64,000 nt of DNA from an uncultured Candidatus Saccharibacteria bacterium (GCA_964566795.1 CAZMIU010000001.1:214789-278788), one strand, 5' to 3'. Numbered from the stretch's first letter, positions 52,440 to 61,641 are shown. Notes: generated by a model not told the origin, from the letters alone. Numbers and translations are program-made.

Positions 52440-53546
52440 ATGTTCAACACAACGCAGATCGTGATCTTGATGGTCATGGCGCTTTCGCTTTTGGGCTTCG
52501 CGGCCCTCTGGCAGTTTCGTGGCAGTCTCACGACTGTCATGGGCAGTCTGACTCAAACTACCCTTCCTCAAGCCACATCCGGCGGATCGCTGTTTAACAC
52601 CAGCTTTCTGCTCGCGATAGTGTTTTGGTTGGCTGTAGGGTATCTCTTTGGTGTCCCCTTCAGCAGGTGGACAGCAAGTGCTCTTGGCTTAAGCGGATTG
52701 TCGATATTGCACAGCGGTATCACCATCGCGATTGCTGCTGCAGGTATGGTGTGGGTTACCCACAACACACCGACCAATCACAAGACAGCTGTCTTGTTTT
52801 TTGGTACAGCACGCTTTCGCGTCGGGCCGCGTGGCAACGGATTCGAGGAAGGGCTCAACGCCCTGCCTTTGGGTTGGCCGTTTTTTGTCGCACACGACAG
52901 GAACGTCAACCAGTTCGTTGAAAAGTTCGACCAGATGAAAGCGTATTCCCAAGACAGGCAGCCGGTCAGAATCTCCGGCACCTTTCGGCGGTACATAGAC
53001 GACATCTACGCGGCATACAATATCAACAACGCGGACGGGCAAGAGACAGAGGCTGTGCAGGAGCTCGTAAGCACCACGCTCGGCTACATCCGGGACGGTG
53101 CCGAAGACTTCACTGCAGTGCAACTCATCTCTGAACACCCGGGCGGGTCCGGTCCAACCAAGAAAGTTCTCGCGGAGTCTGCCTACGAAAAAGTTCAGGC
53201 ATACCTCGCGGGGGCAAATACGATCGGCTACAACATTACGCCGATCCTCATCAACGAGGTTGACCTCGACCCCGACTTCGAAAAGGCTCTCAAGGCCAAG
53301 TCGAGGGAGGAAGTCGAGGGCGAGGCGGAGCAAGTGCAGATCGAGCGGCGACTTAAGCAGATTGATACGCTTAAGGAAAAGGGCGTCAACGCCGATCTCG
53401 CCGCATCCGTCGCGCAAGTTGAGGCTGAAAAGCCGGGGGCGAAGATCAACACGATCAACATCCCCGGCATGCAAGGCATAGGAGAGGCCGCCGGCAACGC
53501 CGGCAAGGCGTTCTCCGAGTGGCTTCGCAACAGACCAACCCAATAG
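52440..53546 (+). CDS. SPFH/Band-7 domain membrane protein
   Basis: Three N-terminal TM segments; AVLFFG..EEGLN; GYNITPILINEVDLDPDFEKAL..E.E.EA coiled coil. Confidence 0.7.
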   Translation: MFNTTQIVILMVMALSLLGFAALWQFRGSLTTVMGSLTQTTLPQATSGGSLFNTSFLLAIVFWLAVGYLFGVPFSRWTASALGLSGLSILHSGITIAIAAAGMVWVTHNTPTNHKTAVLFFGTARFRVGPRGNGFEEGLNALPLGWPFFVAHDRNVNQFVEKFDQMKAYSQDRQPVRISGTFRRYIDDIYAAYNINNADGQETEAVQELVSTTLGYIRDGAEDFTAVQLISEHPGGSGPTKKVLAESAYEKVQAYLAGANTIGYNITPILINEVDLDPDFEKALKAKSREEVEGEAEQVQIERRLKQIDTLKEKGVNADLAASVAQVEAEKPGAKINTINIPGMQGIGEAAGNAGKAFSEWLRNRPTQ

Positions 53547-53555
53547 GAGCAAAAG

Positions 53556-54446
53556 ATGAACAGACTTGGTATTGCAGTAGGGATTATCCTGAGCGTAATA
53601 GCTGTGGCTCTCGGGCTTCAGATATTTATTGACTCGGGGATGTCGACTGCTCCCACAACTGCAGGTGCTTCGGGAGATGCAACAGCTATAGTCCTTAAGT
53701 GGGCTGTCGTTGCACTCATCATTGCACTCGCTGTTGCAGGCGTCATGTGGCTTTTCTCCCGGGTCCGGCCCGCTGCACCTGCCACGGCAGGTGCGGCAGC
53801 AGGCTTTGCGTGGAGGCCACCTACGTGGCTGGTCGCTCTTGTGGCCGTCGTCCTTCTCGCGTACTTCTGGACGACGATCATTGCGCTGTTTCCGCCGGGC
53901 ACACAGGCTCGTCTTGTGGGCTTCGGGAACGCGCTGGCGACCAACTGGGTCCTTACGGGCCTCATACTCGCCGCCCTGCTGTTTGTTCTCAAGCAGCGGA
54001 CAGCGGCGATCATTGTGGGTGGTCTGGCGGTGCTGGCGTTCTTCTTGATGCCGGATGCCGGAGGGCTCAACCGGGCCGAGCGGTTCCACACTTGGATCAC
54101 GACGCCTGCGCCCAACCTTTCTCATCGGGCTACCCCGCAAGAGGAGGTCTGGGCGCACAACACCAGCCGCGACTGCCCTGGCAAGCTGCTGGGCCCCTAC
54201 AGGCTCAGCACAGCCGAGGTGAAGTTTAACCCCAACGGATGCTTCTTCTATGCGTTGGGTAGCGGAGAGGTTAAGTTCTCGGGCCTATTCTTTGGCGACC
54301 TCACAGTCGACCTCAAGACGGGCGCGGGCGACTCCACGGCAGGCATGAAAGTGTATACTGCCAGAGCCTCCTACGCTCCGGTGACGTGGCAGTACATCCT
54401 CTGCTCCGGTCCCAAAAAGGACATGAGCACGCTGGATTGCCGATAG
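53556..54446 (+). CDS. Multi-TM hypothetical protein with C-terminal Cys-containing exported domain
   Basis: GGAG SD, coupled to the SPFH gene; terminator 54462-54491. Confidence 0.7.
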   Translation: MNRLGIAVGIILSVIAVALGLQIFIDSGMSTAPTTAGASGDATAIVLKWAVVALIIALAVAGVMWLFSRVRPAAPATAGAAAGFAWRPPTWLVALVAVVLLAYFWTTIIALFPPGTQARLVGFGNALATNWVLTGLILAALLFVLKQRTAAIIVGGLAVLAFFLMPDAGGLNRAERFHTWITTPAPNLSHRATPQEEVWAHNTSRDCPGKLLGPYRLSTAEVKFNPNGCFFYALGSGEVKFSGLFFGDLTVDLKTGAGDSTAGMKVYTARASYAPVTWQYILCSGPKKDMSTLDCR

Positions 54447-54577
54447 TACCTTCACAGCTACAGGGGCGGACTACCAAGTCCGCCCCTTTTTCTATATACG
54501 GCCTTATTTTAAGCCATATTTTATGGCGCTGTGTCTAGACTTGACTTTTAGCCTTATATATGATACGATATATGCAT

Positions 54578-55279
54578 ATGAATAAAACCTTTATTACTAC
54601 TCTCCTGGTATTGGCGGCTATTTCTATGCCCTACTTTGCCTCTGCCTCGACAGTATCTGACACCTACGACACCACCTGGATAGATACAGGCTATTACGAT
54701 ACCTTTGAGCCCATCTACGACACGGTAGCTTCCGGGGGCTCGCAGTCTTATCGCTCCGGCTTCTCTGTCCCTGCCGGCCTCTCGGTTCGCTCAGGCTTCT
54801 CTGTCCCCTCTGGCCGCTCGGTATTCTCCGGCCGCTCCACACCTTCTGGCCGCTCAGTACGCTCCGGCTACTCGGTACCCTCGGGCATCCCGTATAACCC
54901 AGCCTACTCTGCAGTATCCGGCTACTCGACCCGCTCGGGTTACTCGGTGCAGTCCGGATACTCCACCCCCTCTGGCACAGCAGCCCAGTCTGGCTACTCT
55001 GCCCAGTCTGGCACAGCGGCGCAGTCGGGCTATGCTGCTCAGTCTGGCAAGTCTGTACAGTCCGGATACTCTGGCCCCTCGGGCAAGTCTGCAAACTCCG
55101 GCTACTCTGCACAGTCTGGCTACAGCATCGCCTCGGGCTACTCGGCACCGTCCGGCTACAGCATCGCCTCAGGCTACTCCGCCCAGTCTGGCTACTCGGT
55201 GCCCTCCGGTTACTCTGCCCCGTCCGGGTTCTCGGCACCAGGCACACAGATCGGCTACCTAAGCCCCATATACAAGTAA
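54578..55279 (+). CDS. Secreted SG(Y/F/R/K/T)Sxx hexapeptide-repeat protein
   Basis: Signal peptide MNKTFITTLLVLAAISMPYFASA; 7 + 18 hexapeptide units (18-nt period); TTGACT-N17-TACGAT promoter. Confidence 0.85.
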   Translation: MNKTFITTLLVLAAISMPYFASASTVSDTYDTTWIDTGYYDTFEPIYDTVASGGSQSYRSGFSVPAGLSVRSGFSVPSGRSVFSGRSTPSGRSVRSGYSVPSGIPYNPAYSAVSGYSTRSGYSVQSGYSTPSGTAAQSGYSAQSGTAAQSGYAAQSGKSVQSGYSGPSGKSANSGYSAQSGYSIASGYSAPSGYSIASGYSAQSGYSVPSGYSAPSGFSAPGTQIGYLSPIYK

Positions 55280-55290
55280 TACATGCAAAC

Positions 55291-55325
55291 AAAAACCGCC
55301 GCCCCGTTTGAGGGCGGCGGTTTTT
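55291..55325. terminator. Bidirectional terminator
   Basis: AAAAACCGCCGCCC-N7-GGGCGGCGGTTTTT. Confidence 0.8.
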
Positions 55326-55328
55326 GTA

Positions 55329-55592
55329 TTACCAGCACGGCAGCGTGCCGCCGACCACGTTTGAGATAATTTTAATAACGGCGATAGCAGAGACCATGAT
55401 GATCATACCCAAAAGCCCGTAGCCCATGTGCCTCTTGCCGTCCTCGCGCTTGCTGCTCTCCTGGCTGAGGCCCCACATAAACTCCACAAGCCCAAAAATA
55501 AACACAAGCAGGCCTACAGCAAACAAGAGTGCCAGCGCGGGGTTTACAATCGCGCCCACTATCTTTCCAACTATTGAGCAGGTCGCTGTCAT
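55329..55592 (-). CDS. VirB2/TrbC-like pilin
   Basis: LLVFIFGLVEFM..KREDGKRHMGYGLLGMIIMVSA. Confidence 0.75.
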   Translation of the reverse strand: MTATCSIVGKIVGAIVNPALALLFAVGLLVFIFGLVEFMWGLSQESSKREDGKRHMGYGLLGMIIMVSAIAVIKIISNVVGGTLPCW

Positions 55593-55594
55593 GG

Positions 55595-55921
55595 TCAGTA
55601 GATAGCGTTTGCAGAGCTATTGCCCGTGCCCGGATATATAATCTGCGGCGCCTTGCCGGTCGCGTTGGCATTAATGCCGAGTGCCGTCTGCATGAGCGCG
55701 ATAATCCCCCACACCGACACCATCACAAAGAGTATAAGCAGGCCCCACTTCATCAGCGTCTTGGCCTTGTCTATCTCGGGGCCGGCGCCGCTGCCCCACA
55801 TGTACTTAACCAAGCCCCAGAGGAATACCGCCAGGCCAAGCGTAACAAGCACCGGCACGAGCATCCCGACAACCTTTGCCAGGGCGGATATGAGGCTCAC
55901 GAGTGGAGAGAGGTTAAGCAT
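55595..55921 (-). CDS. VirB2/TrbC-like pilin
   Basis: AVFLWGLVKYM..AKTLMKWGLLILFVMVSVWGII. Confidence 0.8.
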   Translation of the reverse strand: MLNLSPLVSLISALAKVVGMLVPVLVTLGLAVFLWGLVKYMWGSGAGPEIDKAKTLMKWGLLILFVMVSVWGIIALMQTALGINANATGKAPQIIYPGTGNSSANAIY

Positions 55922-55956
55922 ACGGCAAAAGGGCCGGCGTCAGCCGGCCCTTTAGG

Positions 55957-56313
55957 CTACATCGGGTAGAGTACTTGCGGCGAGGTTGCACCTGCGTTGG
56001 GGTTAATGCCGAGCGCATCTTGTGCCAGGCGCACAATGCCCCAGACAGACACCATCACAAACAGCGTTACAAGGCCCCAGATCATCAAGTCGCGGTTGGA
56101 CTTGGTGCCATCTGCGCCGCCTGCCTTCAGGAGATAGCGCACCAGACCAAAGAAGAACACCACCAGTGCCAGCGTAATAAGGACCGGGACAAGCGCACCC
56201 ACAAGGCGGGCGATGGCGCCAATGAGGTTAGCCAAAGGCTGGAGGCTCTGGGCTGAGGCTGCAAACGGCATAGCCATCAAAAGGGCTGCAGAAGCTACGG
56301 ATATCTTTTTCAT
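55957..56313 (-). CDS. VirB2/TrbC-like pilin with signal peptide
   Basis: PFAASAQ; VVFFFGLVRYL..LMIWGLVTLFVMVSVWGIV. Confidence 0.8.
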   Translation of the reverse strand: MKKISVASAALLMAMPFAASAQSLQPLANLIGAIARLVGALVPVLITLALVVFFFGLVRYLLKAGGADGTKSNRDLMIWGLVTLFVMVSVWGIVRLAQDALGINPNAGATSPQVLYPM

Positions 56314-56449
56314 GTGTAATTATTATTGTAAACCTACGCGCACCACCTAATGAATATGCTGTTAATAGTAGCAGGCTGCGCGTAGCGACAGCTTGCGCGT
56401 GTGGATATCTCCGGCGTTTCCGGCCAAGTCCGTACCAGAGCGTCGGACT

Positions 56450-56686
56450 CTAGGCCACAAAGATGTTCTGCACCACCTGCAGTATCCCAAACACCGACAC
56501 AATGATAAACAGCACAAGCAGGCTCCACCCCAAAAACTCCTTCTGGGCCTGTTTGCGCGCATCCTGCGCATAAAACAGGTAGCGCACGCCGCCCCAGATA
56601 AACACGGCCAAGGCAACCGAGCCTAAAAGCGCCACAAGCAGGTTAATAATCGAGATAATCTGCGACACGAGTGTTGAGAGTGTCAT
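56450..56686 (-). CDS. VirB2/TrbC-like pilin
   Basis: AVFIWGGVRYL..FLGWSLLVLFIIVSVFGIL. Confidence 0.75.
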   Translation of the reverse strand: MTLSTLVSQIISIINLLVALLGSVALAVFIWGGVRYLFYAQDARKQAQKEFLGWSLLVLFIIVSVFGILQVVQNIFVA

Positions 56687-56689
56687 GTA

Positions 56690-57157
56690 TTAGGTGCGGC
56701 CGCAGAACTGTATCGTGCCCGAGGTGTCGAGTGTCTGTATGGTTGCGGCAATGATGGTGGCCAGGGTCCACGCGCCTAAAAACACGGCAATACCCACAAT
56801 GACAAAGTAGAAGTTGCGTTTGGCCTCCTCAAGCTTGGTCGAGTTGCCGCGCGCCAGAATAAACTTAAAGCCCGACCACACAAAGAAGAACACGGCCACG
56901 GGCAGCCCTATGGCCAGTACAACGTTAAGGAGGCTGCGCACCAGGTCGCAGAAGTTTTTAACCCCCAGAGGGTCGCAGAGCGTAAAGGTGCCGTCGCTGC
57001 CTGGCCCGCACCCGCCACCGGTCGTATACGCCGAGCCACCACCCGTGGTAAAGGTAGAGCCGCCGCCGGTTGTAAAGGTTCCCTGTGCCATAGTCAGTTG
57101 AGGCACCAGAACTGAGGCAAACAGTGCGAGCGTTGCGATGTGTTTTATGAACTTCAT
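56690..57157 (-). CDS. VirB2/TrbC-like pilin with TTGGG repeats
   Basis: Signal peptide; three (F/Y)TTGGG repeats; SGFKFILARGN..LEEAKRNF..IVG. Confidence 0.8.
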   Translation of the reverse strand: MKFIKHIATLALFASVLVPQLTMAQGTFTTGGGSTFTTGGGSAYTTGGGCGPGSDGTFTLCDPLGVKNFCDLVRSLLNVVLAIGLPVAVFFFVWSGFKFILARGNSTKLEEAKRNFYFVIVGIAVFLGAWTLATIIAATIQTLDTSGTIQFCGRT

Positions 57158-58455
57158 TATTGGTTTGGCAAAAGCTGGCGCATAGCCGACGCCGCGTCAA
57201 AGACAGCCTGCTCGGAGGTGCTGCGGCCGCTTATCACCGATTCTATCATCTCTTTAAACAGGCTATTGGTCGTCTGCGTGTTTGGGTCGGCCCACGAGCG
57301 CGACATGAGCGCCGACTGTACAAACACCGCCGCCGCGGCCGAGGACGAGGTGTCGGTGCGCACATCGCGGCGCGCCGGCGGCAGTCCCAGCTGCTGCGCC
57401 ACCGCCGCCGCCGAGGTGGGCGAGGTAAGCTTGATGGCGGCGGCCAGCGCGCCATTTGGGTTTTGCGAGCCGCGCGCAATAGCGAGGCCCACCATGGTGC
57501 CCGAGGTAATCTTGGCTGATGCGCCCTCAAGCTGCGGCAGGGTCGCCACACCAAAGCGCAAGTTGGGGTTTCTCTCACCTATCGAGCGGTATTCGCTGGC
57601 AAAGCCAAAGTAGATAGCGAGGTCGCCCGCAGTAAACGCGTTGTACGAGCTGGGCAGCGAGCGGTTCCACGAGTAGGTGGTCTTGCTGGGATTGGCAAAG
57701 TCGGTATAAAAGCGCAGGGCCTCAGACGCGGGAGACACGTTTGAGTTGTTGGGGCGGCTCCCCAGTATGGGCACGAGGTTGCCCGAGGGAGCGCGGTTGG
57801 TGATAAAGTCGCCCGACTGCATGATAAGCGCCGAGAGTATCGCCTTGGCGTTTACAACATTGTCCCAGGTACCCATCGCCACCGCCGACTTGCGGATATT
57901 GCCGCCCGCATCAAGCCCGGTCATCTTGGGTGCCAGAGTTATAAGCTCGCTCCAGTACTGCGGAGGCTGCCCCTGCCCCACCCCGGTAAAGGTGTCGCGG
58001 TTCCAGTACATGACCAGGGGGTCAATGATAAACGGCAGGGACAATATGCCCTGCGGCGTCAAAAACAGTTGGCCCTCATCTATATAGGAGGTTATAAACG
58101 TGCTTTGCGACACGGTGCTGTACGGGATAGGCGTAACCTTGTCTGCCAAGAGGCCAATGTCCTGTTGCGAGAGGAAGATAAGGTCGGGCCCGGTACCCGC
58201 CGCGATGGCGTTGATAAGCTCAGACTCGTAGGTTGCAGGCTTTTTGGCAATGTAGATTACATCCTGGAGCGCCTTGTCCTTTTGGGTCAACGCCGAGAGT
58301 ATCGCGTCCATCTGTGTTTGGTCGGCAGTACCCCACACCACAACCCTGCCGAGCGTGTCTTTGTTGCCAAAGCCGCCAAACAGCGCAAAGATACCCACGC
58401 CGGCAATAACCAGTATGGCAAAAATGCCCATGACAATAGTTTGGAAGGCCGACAT
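57157..58455 (-). CDS. Membrane-anchored extracellular solute-binding protein (sugar SBP family 1-like)
   Basis: VVVWG, AIAAGTGPDL, LPFIIDPLVMYWN, FTAGDLAIYFG. Confidence 0.8.
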   Translation of the reverse strand: MSAFQTIVMGIFAILVIAGVGIFALFGGFGNKDTLGRVVVWGTADQTQMDAILSALTQKDKALQDVIYIAKKPATYESELINAIAAGTGPDLIFLSQQDIGLLADKVTPIPYSTVSQSTFITSYIDEGQLFLTPQGILSLPFIIDPLVMYWNRDTFTGVGQGQPPQYWSELITLAPKMTGLDAGGNIRKSAVAMGTWDNVVNAKAILSALIMQSGDFITNRAPSGNLVPILGSRPNNSNVSPASEALRFYTDFANPSKTTYSWNRSLPSSYNAFTAGDLAIYFGFASEYRSIGERNPNLRFGVATLPQLEGASAKITSGTMVGLAIARGSQNPNGALAAAIKLTSPTSAAAVAQQLGLPPARRDVRTDTSSSAAAAVFVQSALMSRSWADPNTQTTNSLFKEMIESVISGRSTSEQAVFDAASAMRQLLPNQ

Positions 58456-58456
58456 A

Positions 58457-58996
58457 CTACTTCTTTCTTAGTATAAGGCCCCAATGATACCCGCCCACGG
58501 AGATATCCTCTGCATGTGCAAACCCGGCCCGCTCAAATATCGCGCGTGCCTCCTCTTTTGAAATCACATGGTCATCGTGCGGCCCTAAGCCCCCATGGCT
58601 CGCCGACCAGTCAATTAAGAGCAGCCTCCCCGCGCGGCGCAGCACGCGGTATGCCTCGCGCGCCACGGTGTCTTTATCGTGCATCGAAAACAGCGTGTTT
58701 GCGAGAATGCAGAAGTCTATCGTGGCGTCCGGCAGGTGCGTGCCGCGGAGCTTCTCGGGGGTGCCGCGCACCACCTCTATGGTGTGTATCCCCTCGCTTG
58801 TGGCCAAGTTTTTAAGCCGCACGAGCATCTCTTGGCTCGGGTCGATAGCCCATACCTGTGCATCGGGCCCGGCTGCGCGCGCCGCTGCGCGTGTAAAAAA
58901 GCCCGAGCCCGCAGCCAAGTCGGCCACACGGGAGCCTTGGCTTATGTGCGCCCTAGCAATGGCAGCCTGCGGGTTAAGAAACGATGTCTCGCTCAC
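58457..58996 (-). CDS. Class I SAM-dependent methyltransferase
   Basis: VADLAAGSGFF, WAID, EAYRVLRRAGRLLLIDW. Confidence 0.88.
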   Translation of the reverse strand: MSETSFLNPQAAIARAHISQGSRVADLAAGSGFFTRAAARAAGPDAQVWAIDPSQEMLVRLKNLATSEGIHTIEVVRGTPEKLRGTHLPDATIDFCILANTLFSMHDKDTVAREAYRVLRRAGRLLLIDWSASHGGLGPHDDHVISKEEARAIFERAGFAHAEDISVGGYHWGLILRKK

Positions 58997-59065
58997 ATAT
59001 ATATTGTAAAGCCAGTTTTTGTCCCAGGTAACAAAAAGGCCCGCAGCTTGCGCTGCGGGCCCTCA

Positions 59066-59380
59066 TTAGGCCTGTGTGTCCACAATCGAACCGGGCGGCA
59101 GGAACTTGTTGTGCTCCATGAGCGCGTCAAGCGTAAAGTGCCTGGCAAACCCCAGGCACATCTGGAGCGCGGTGTAGTGCCGGTTTGCCTTGCCCCAGCG
59201 GGCAGGGTCTCCAGAGAACTCGCGAGCACTGTCGCACAGGTAATGCGCGTGGGCCAAAAGCTCAATCTGGCTTAGGTCGCCAAAGGTCCGGGCTGTATGC
59301 ATGCGCTTTTTAGGGACGCCCTGGTCCTTTAGGTACTTTTCGTACCAGTTGATGCGGGCGAGCATGTGGTCTGGGGTCAT
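59066..59380 (-). CDS. Hypothetical protein
   Basis: GGGAG SD; own terminator 59035-59062. Confidence 0.6.
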   Translation of the reverse strand: MTPDHMLARINWYEKYLKDQGVPKKRMHTARTFGDLSQIELLAHAHYLCDSAREFSGDPARWGKANRHYTALQMCLGFARHFTLDALMEHNKFLPPGSIVDTQA

Positions 59381-59419
59381 TTGGGCTCCCTGTCGGTTGC
59401 TGAGTCTGCCCCGACCTTA

Positions 59420-59665
59420 TCAAACTTTTGAAAAACGCGCGAGCCTTTGGCCCTGCCACTCCACAGCCTCGCCCCACTCCTGAAGCGGGCGGGTAAACAG
59501 TTTAGACACCGCGCCCTCATACATGGGCTCGTACACCACAAGCCAGGTCTCGTCGCTGTGGAGTGCCACCCCCACTACTTTGTAGCTGTCGCCTTTGTAG
59601 TGCTTATACACCTCCCCTGCCACAGGAGCATCTGCGGGCACCTCTGGCACAGGTTGATGCGACAT
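59420..59665 (-). CDS. DUF1653-family protein
   Basis: YKHYKGDSYKV..ALHS..LVVYEPMY..FTRPL..RF. Confidence 0.85.
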   Translation of the reverse strand: MSHQPVPEVPADAPVAGEVYKHYKGDSYKVVGVALHSDETWLVVYEPMYEGAVSKLFTRPLQEWGEAVEWQGQRLARFSKV

Positions 59666-59765
59666 ACGCTCAGTGTAGCAAAGAAAAAGGCCCTGCTCGC
59701 GTTCGTGATGGAACGGAGCAGGGCCCGGCGGTGACGCTCCCTTGCGCGGCCAAGCGTCACCCTGA

Positions 59766-60215
59766 TTATAGCCCAGAATATTGCTGGCGTCCAAGCAGGT
59801 TGTCCATGGTGAGGTGGTCGAGTATCGTGTCGCCCATCGCCGTAGTGCGCTTTTTGCCGATGTCGTAGTCACCCAGGTACACCAGCTCCTCGATCTCGTT
59901 TGAGGCAACCAGGGTGCCCACAAAGTCTGCGGTGAAGCACCACATCCGAAGTTTGGTGCCCTCGACATAGCCGTGGCACGGCCCCTCAAACATAAAGTAA
60001 AACTTGATCGACTCTGCGATAATGTCGACATCCGTCTCCTCTTTAACCTCGCGGACAAGAGCCTCCTCGTGCGTCTCGCCGGGGTTAATCTTGCCGCCCA
60101 CAGTGTAAGACAGTATCTGCCCGCGCGAGCGGGCAAACAGCACCTGGCGCCTGTCATTAAAGTGCAGCCAGGCAACTTTGTTAACGACCCCGCCGGGGGC
60201 CACTTTAAGCGTCAT
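59766..60215 (-). CDS. NUDIX hydrolase
   Basis: GGKINPGETHEEALVREVKEE Nudix box; GGAGG SD. Confidence 0.88.
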   Translation of the reverse strand: MTLKVAPGGVVNKVAWLHFNDRRQVLFARSRGQILSYTVGGKINPGETHEEALVREVKEETDVDIIAESIKFYFMFEGPCHGYVEGTKLRMWCFTADFVGTLVASNEIEELVYLGDYDIGKKRTTAMGDTILDHLTMDNLLGRQQYSGL

Positions 60216-60268
60216 GTGATCCTCCATAGGTGCTCTAGCTACAGAGTACCAAAGCACGCGTACCGGGG

Positions 60269-61114
60269 CTACACCCCGTGGGTATGCTTATGCTGTGTCT
60301 CTGGTGTAGACGATTGGACTCCTTTTAGCTCACTGCACTTAAGGCCGTCGGGGCATACGTTGGGGTTCATCATACCAAAGAGCCCCCATGGGTTTTCAAA
60401 TCCGGGCGCAACCCACGCGTGCATCATCCACAGCTTACTTGCGTACAGCCATGTGCCCGGGCACTCGGCCTTGCCTTCGCCCTCGCCCACCAGCCAGCCG
60501 TTTACAATGCACAACGAGCCGTGCCGATGCCACATGTCATTTTGCCCCGCAAAGCCCTTAGGCTCGGTGTCGCTTTGTACAAAGTAGGAGTACCCCACCA
60601 GTTTTTGCACGCCACCAATAGTGGCGTACAAAAGCATCGACGGCTTAGCCGGGTCAAAGGGCTTGTCTATCAGTGTCCAGTTAACCCAGTGTGAGCCAAT
60701 GCCCGCAAGCTCGCGCGAGGCCTGCGTGTAACCCGCGGCCAGGGCCTTCTGCGGTGTATCAAGCCCCGCGGCTGCTACAGTTGCCGCGGCAATCTCTGCA
60801 TCCAGCTGTACTTGCTCGGTTGTGCCCAGTGGCACCTCTGCCCCGGGGCCAAAGTGCGCCATTGGCATAGGGTCCGGGCGGGCTACTGCGCCAGCATCAT
60901 TTGCAGCCAGAACATCAAGGGCAGCTTGCTGCGCCTGTGGCAGTGGAGGGCGCGTGAGTGCCACATCAAGCTGGATGCCGGATGTTAAAACTGGCAGCGG
61001 CCCATCTTGCATAGGCTTAGACTGCGCCTGTGGCATTCCCATGTATACATAGACACTCACTGCCGCGACAGCTATGGCAGCCAACACTCCCCATACATGC
61101 ATCCCCTTCTCCAT
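60269..61114 (-). CDS. Membrane-anchored exported His/Trp-motif protein (possible metal or heme binding)
   Basis: GSHWVN, FDPAKPSMLLY, WHRHGSLC, WMMHAWV..NPWGLF. Confidence 0.7.
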   Translation of the reverse strand: MEKGMHVWGVLAAIAVAAVSVYVYMGMPQAQSKPMQDGPLPVLTSGIQLDVALTRPPLPQAQQAALDVLAANDAGAVARPDPMPMAHFGPGAEVPLGTTEQVQLDAEIAAATVAAAGLDTPQKALAAGYTQASRELAGIGSHWVNWTLIDKPFDPAKPSMLLYATIGGVQKLVGYSYFVQSDTEPKGFAGQNDMWHRHGSLCIVNGWLVGEGEGKAECPGTWLYASKLWMMHAWVAPGFENPWGLFGMMNPNVCPDGLKCSELKGVQSSTPETQHKHTHGV

Positions 61115-61158
61115 TACCCCAGTATATAAGAAAACACCCGCGGCCGCGGCCGCGGGTG

Positions 61159-61641
61159 TCATTTTTCGCCCGGGAGTTTCTTTTGTGTTGTCGAGCACAA
61201 AAAGATGCGCTCCGGACGCTGCTTGCGGTACTCCCTGAGACTCTCCACCACCTTGGACACCGAGAACTTAGGGCTGTACGGGTAGATAAACAGACGCTCG
61301 GGCACATAGCTATTGAGTGCGCCGTATGTGTGCTCGATGAGTGCAAATGATGCGCCTTCTACTCTAAAGTAACGCCTGATGCCCTCCGGGCTTTTGATGT
61401 TCTGCAAGTATATGAGACTGTCCCATCCGTCGTGGAACGTGCAATGACTCCAGTTCCTGCGAACCTGGTCGCTCTGCTCCTCGCCTTTAGTTTCGTAGCC
61501 GTAGTAGTCCTCGAGCTCAACGATATACAAGCCCCACCGGTCTCTCCATCCGCCGTGGATATTTGGGTCGCCCCACATACCCACAACATGCAGGAGCTCC
61601 TGTATGGCCTCGTCACTCACTCTTTTGTATGAAGCGCCCAT
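61159..61641 (-). CDS. Hypothetical protein
   Basis: AGGAGG SD before MGASYK; terminator 61131-61166. Confidence 0.55.
   Translation of the reverse strand: MGASYKRVSDEAIQELLHVVGMWGDPNIHGGWRDRWGLYIVELEDYYGYETKGEEQSDQVRRNWSHCTFHDGWDSLIYLQNIKSPEGIRRYFRVEGASFALIEHTYGALNSYVPERLFIYPYSPKFSVSKVVESLREYRKQRPERIFLCSTTQKKLPGEK

Noticed and set aside
54755-55240. 18-nt periodic DNA repeat resembling a CRISPR or VNTR array
   Set aside because: No unique spacers, no cas genes; variation is synonymous and explained by the protein repeat
59684-59770. TATAAT, hairpin and terminator as a separate sRNA
   Set aside because: The -10 is only 3 nt from the stem and overlaps the NUDIX stop; more simply a 3' UTR hairpin plus terminator
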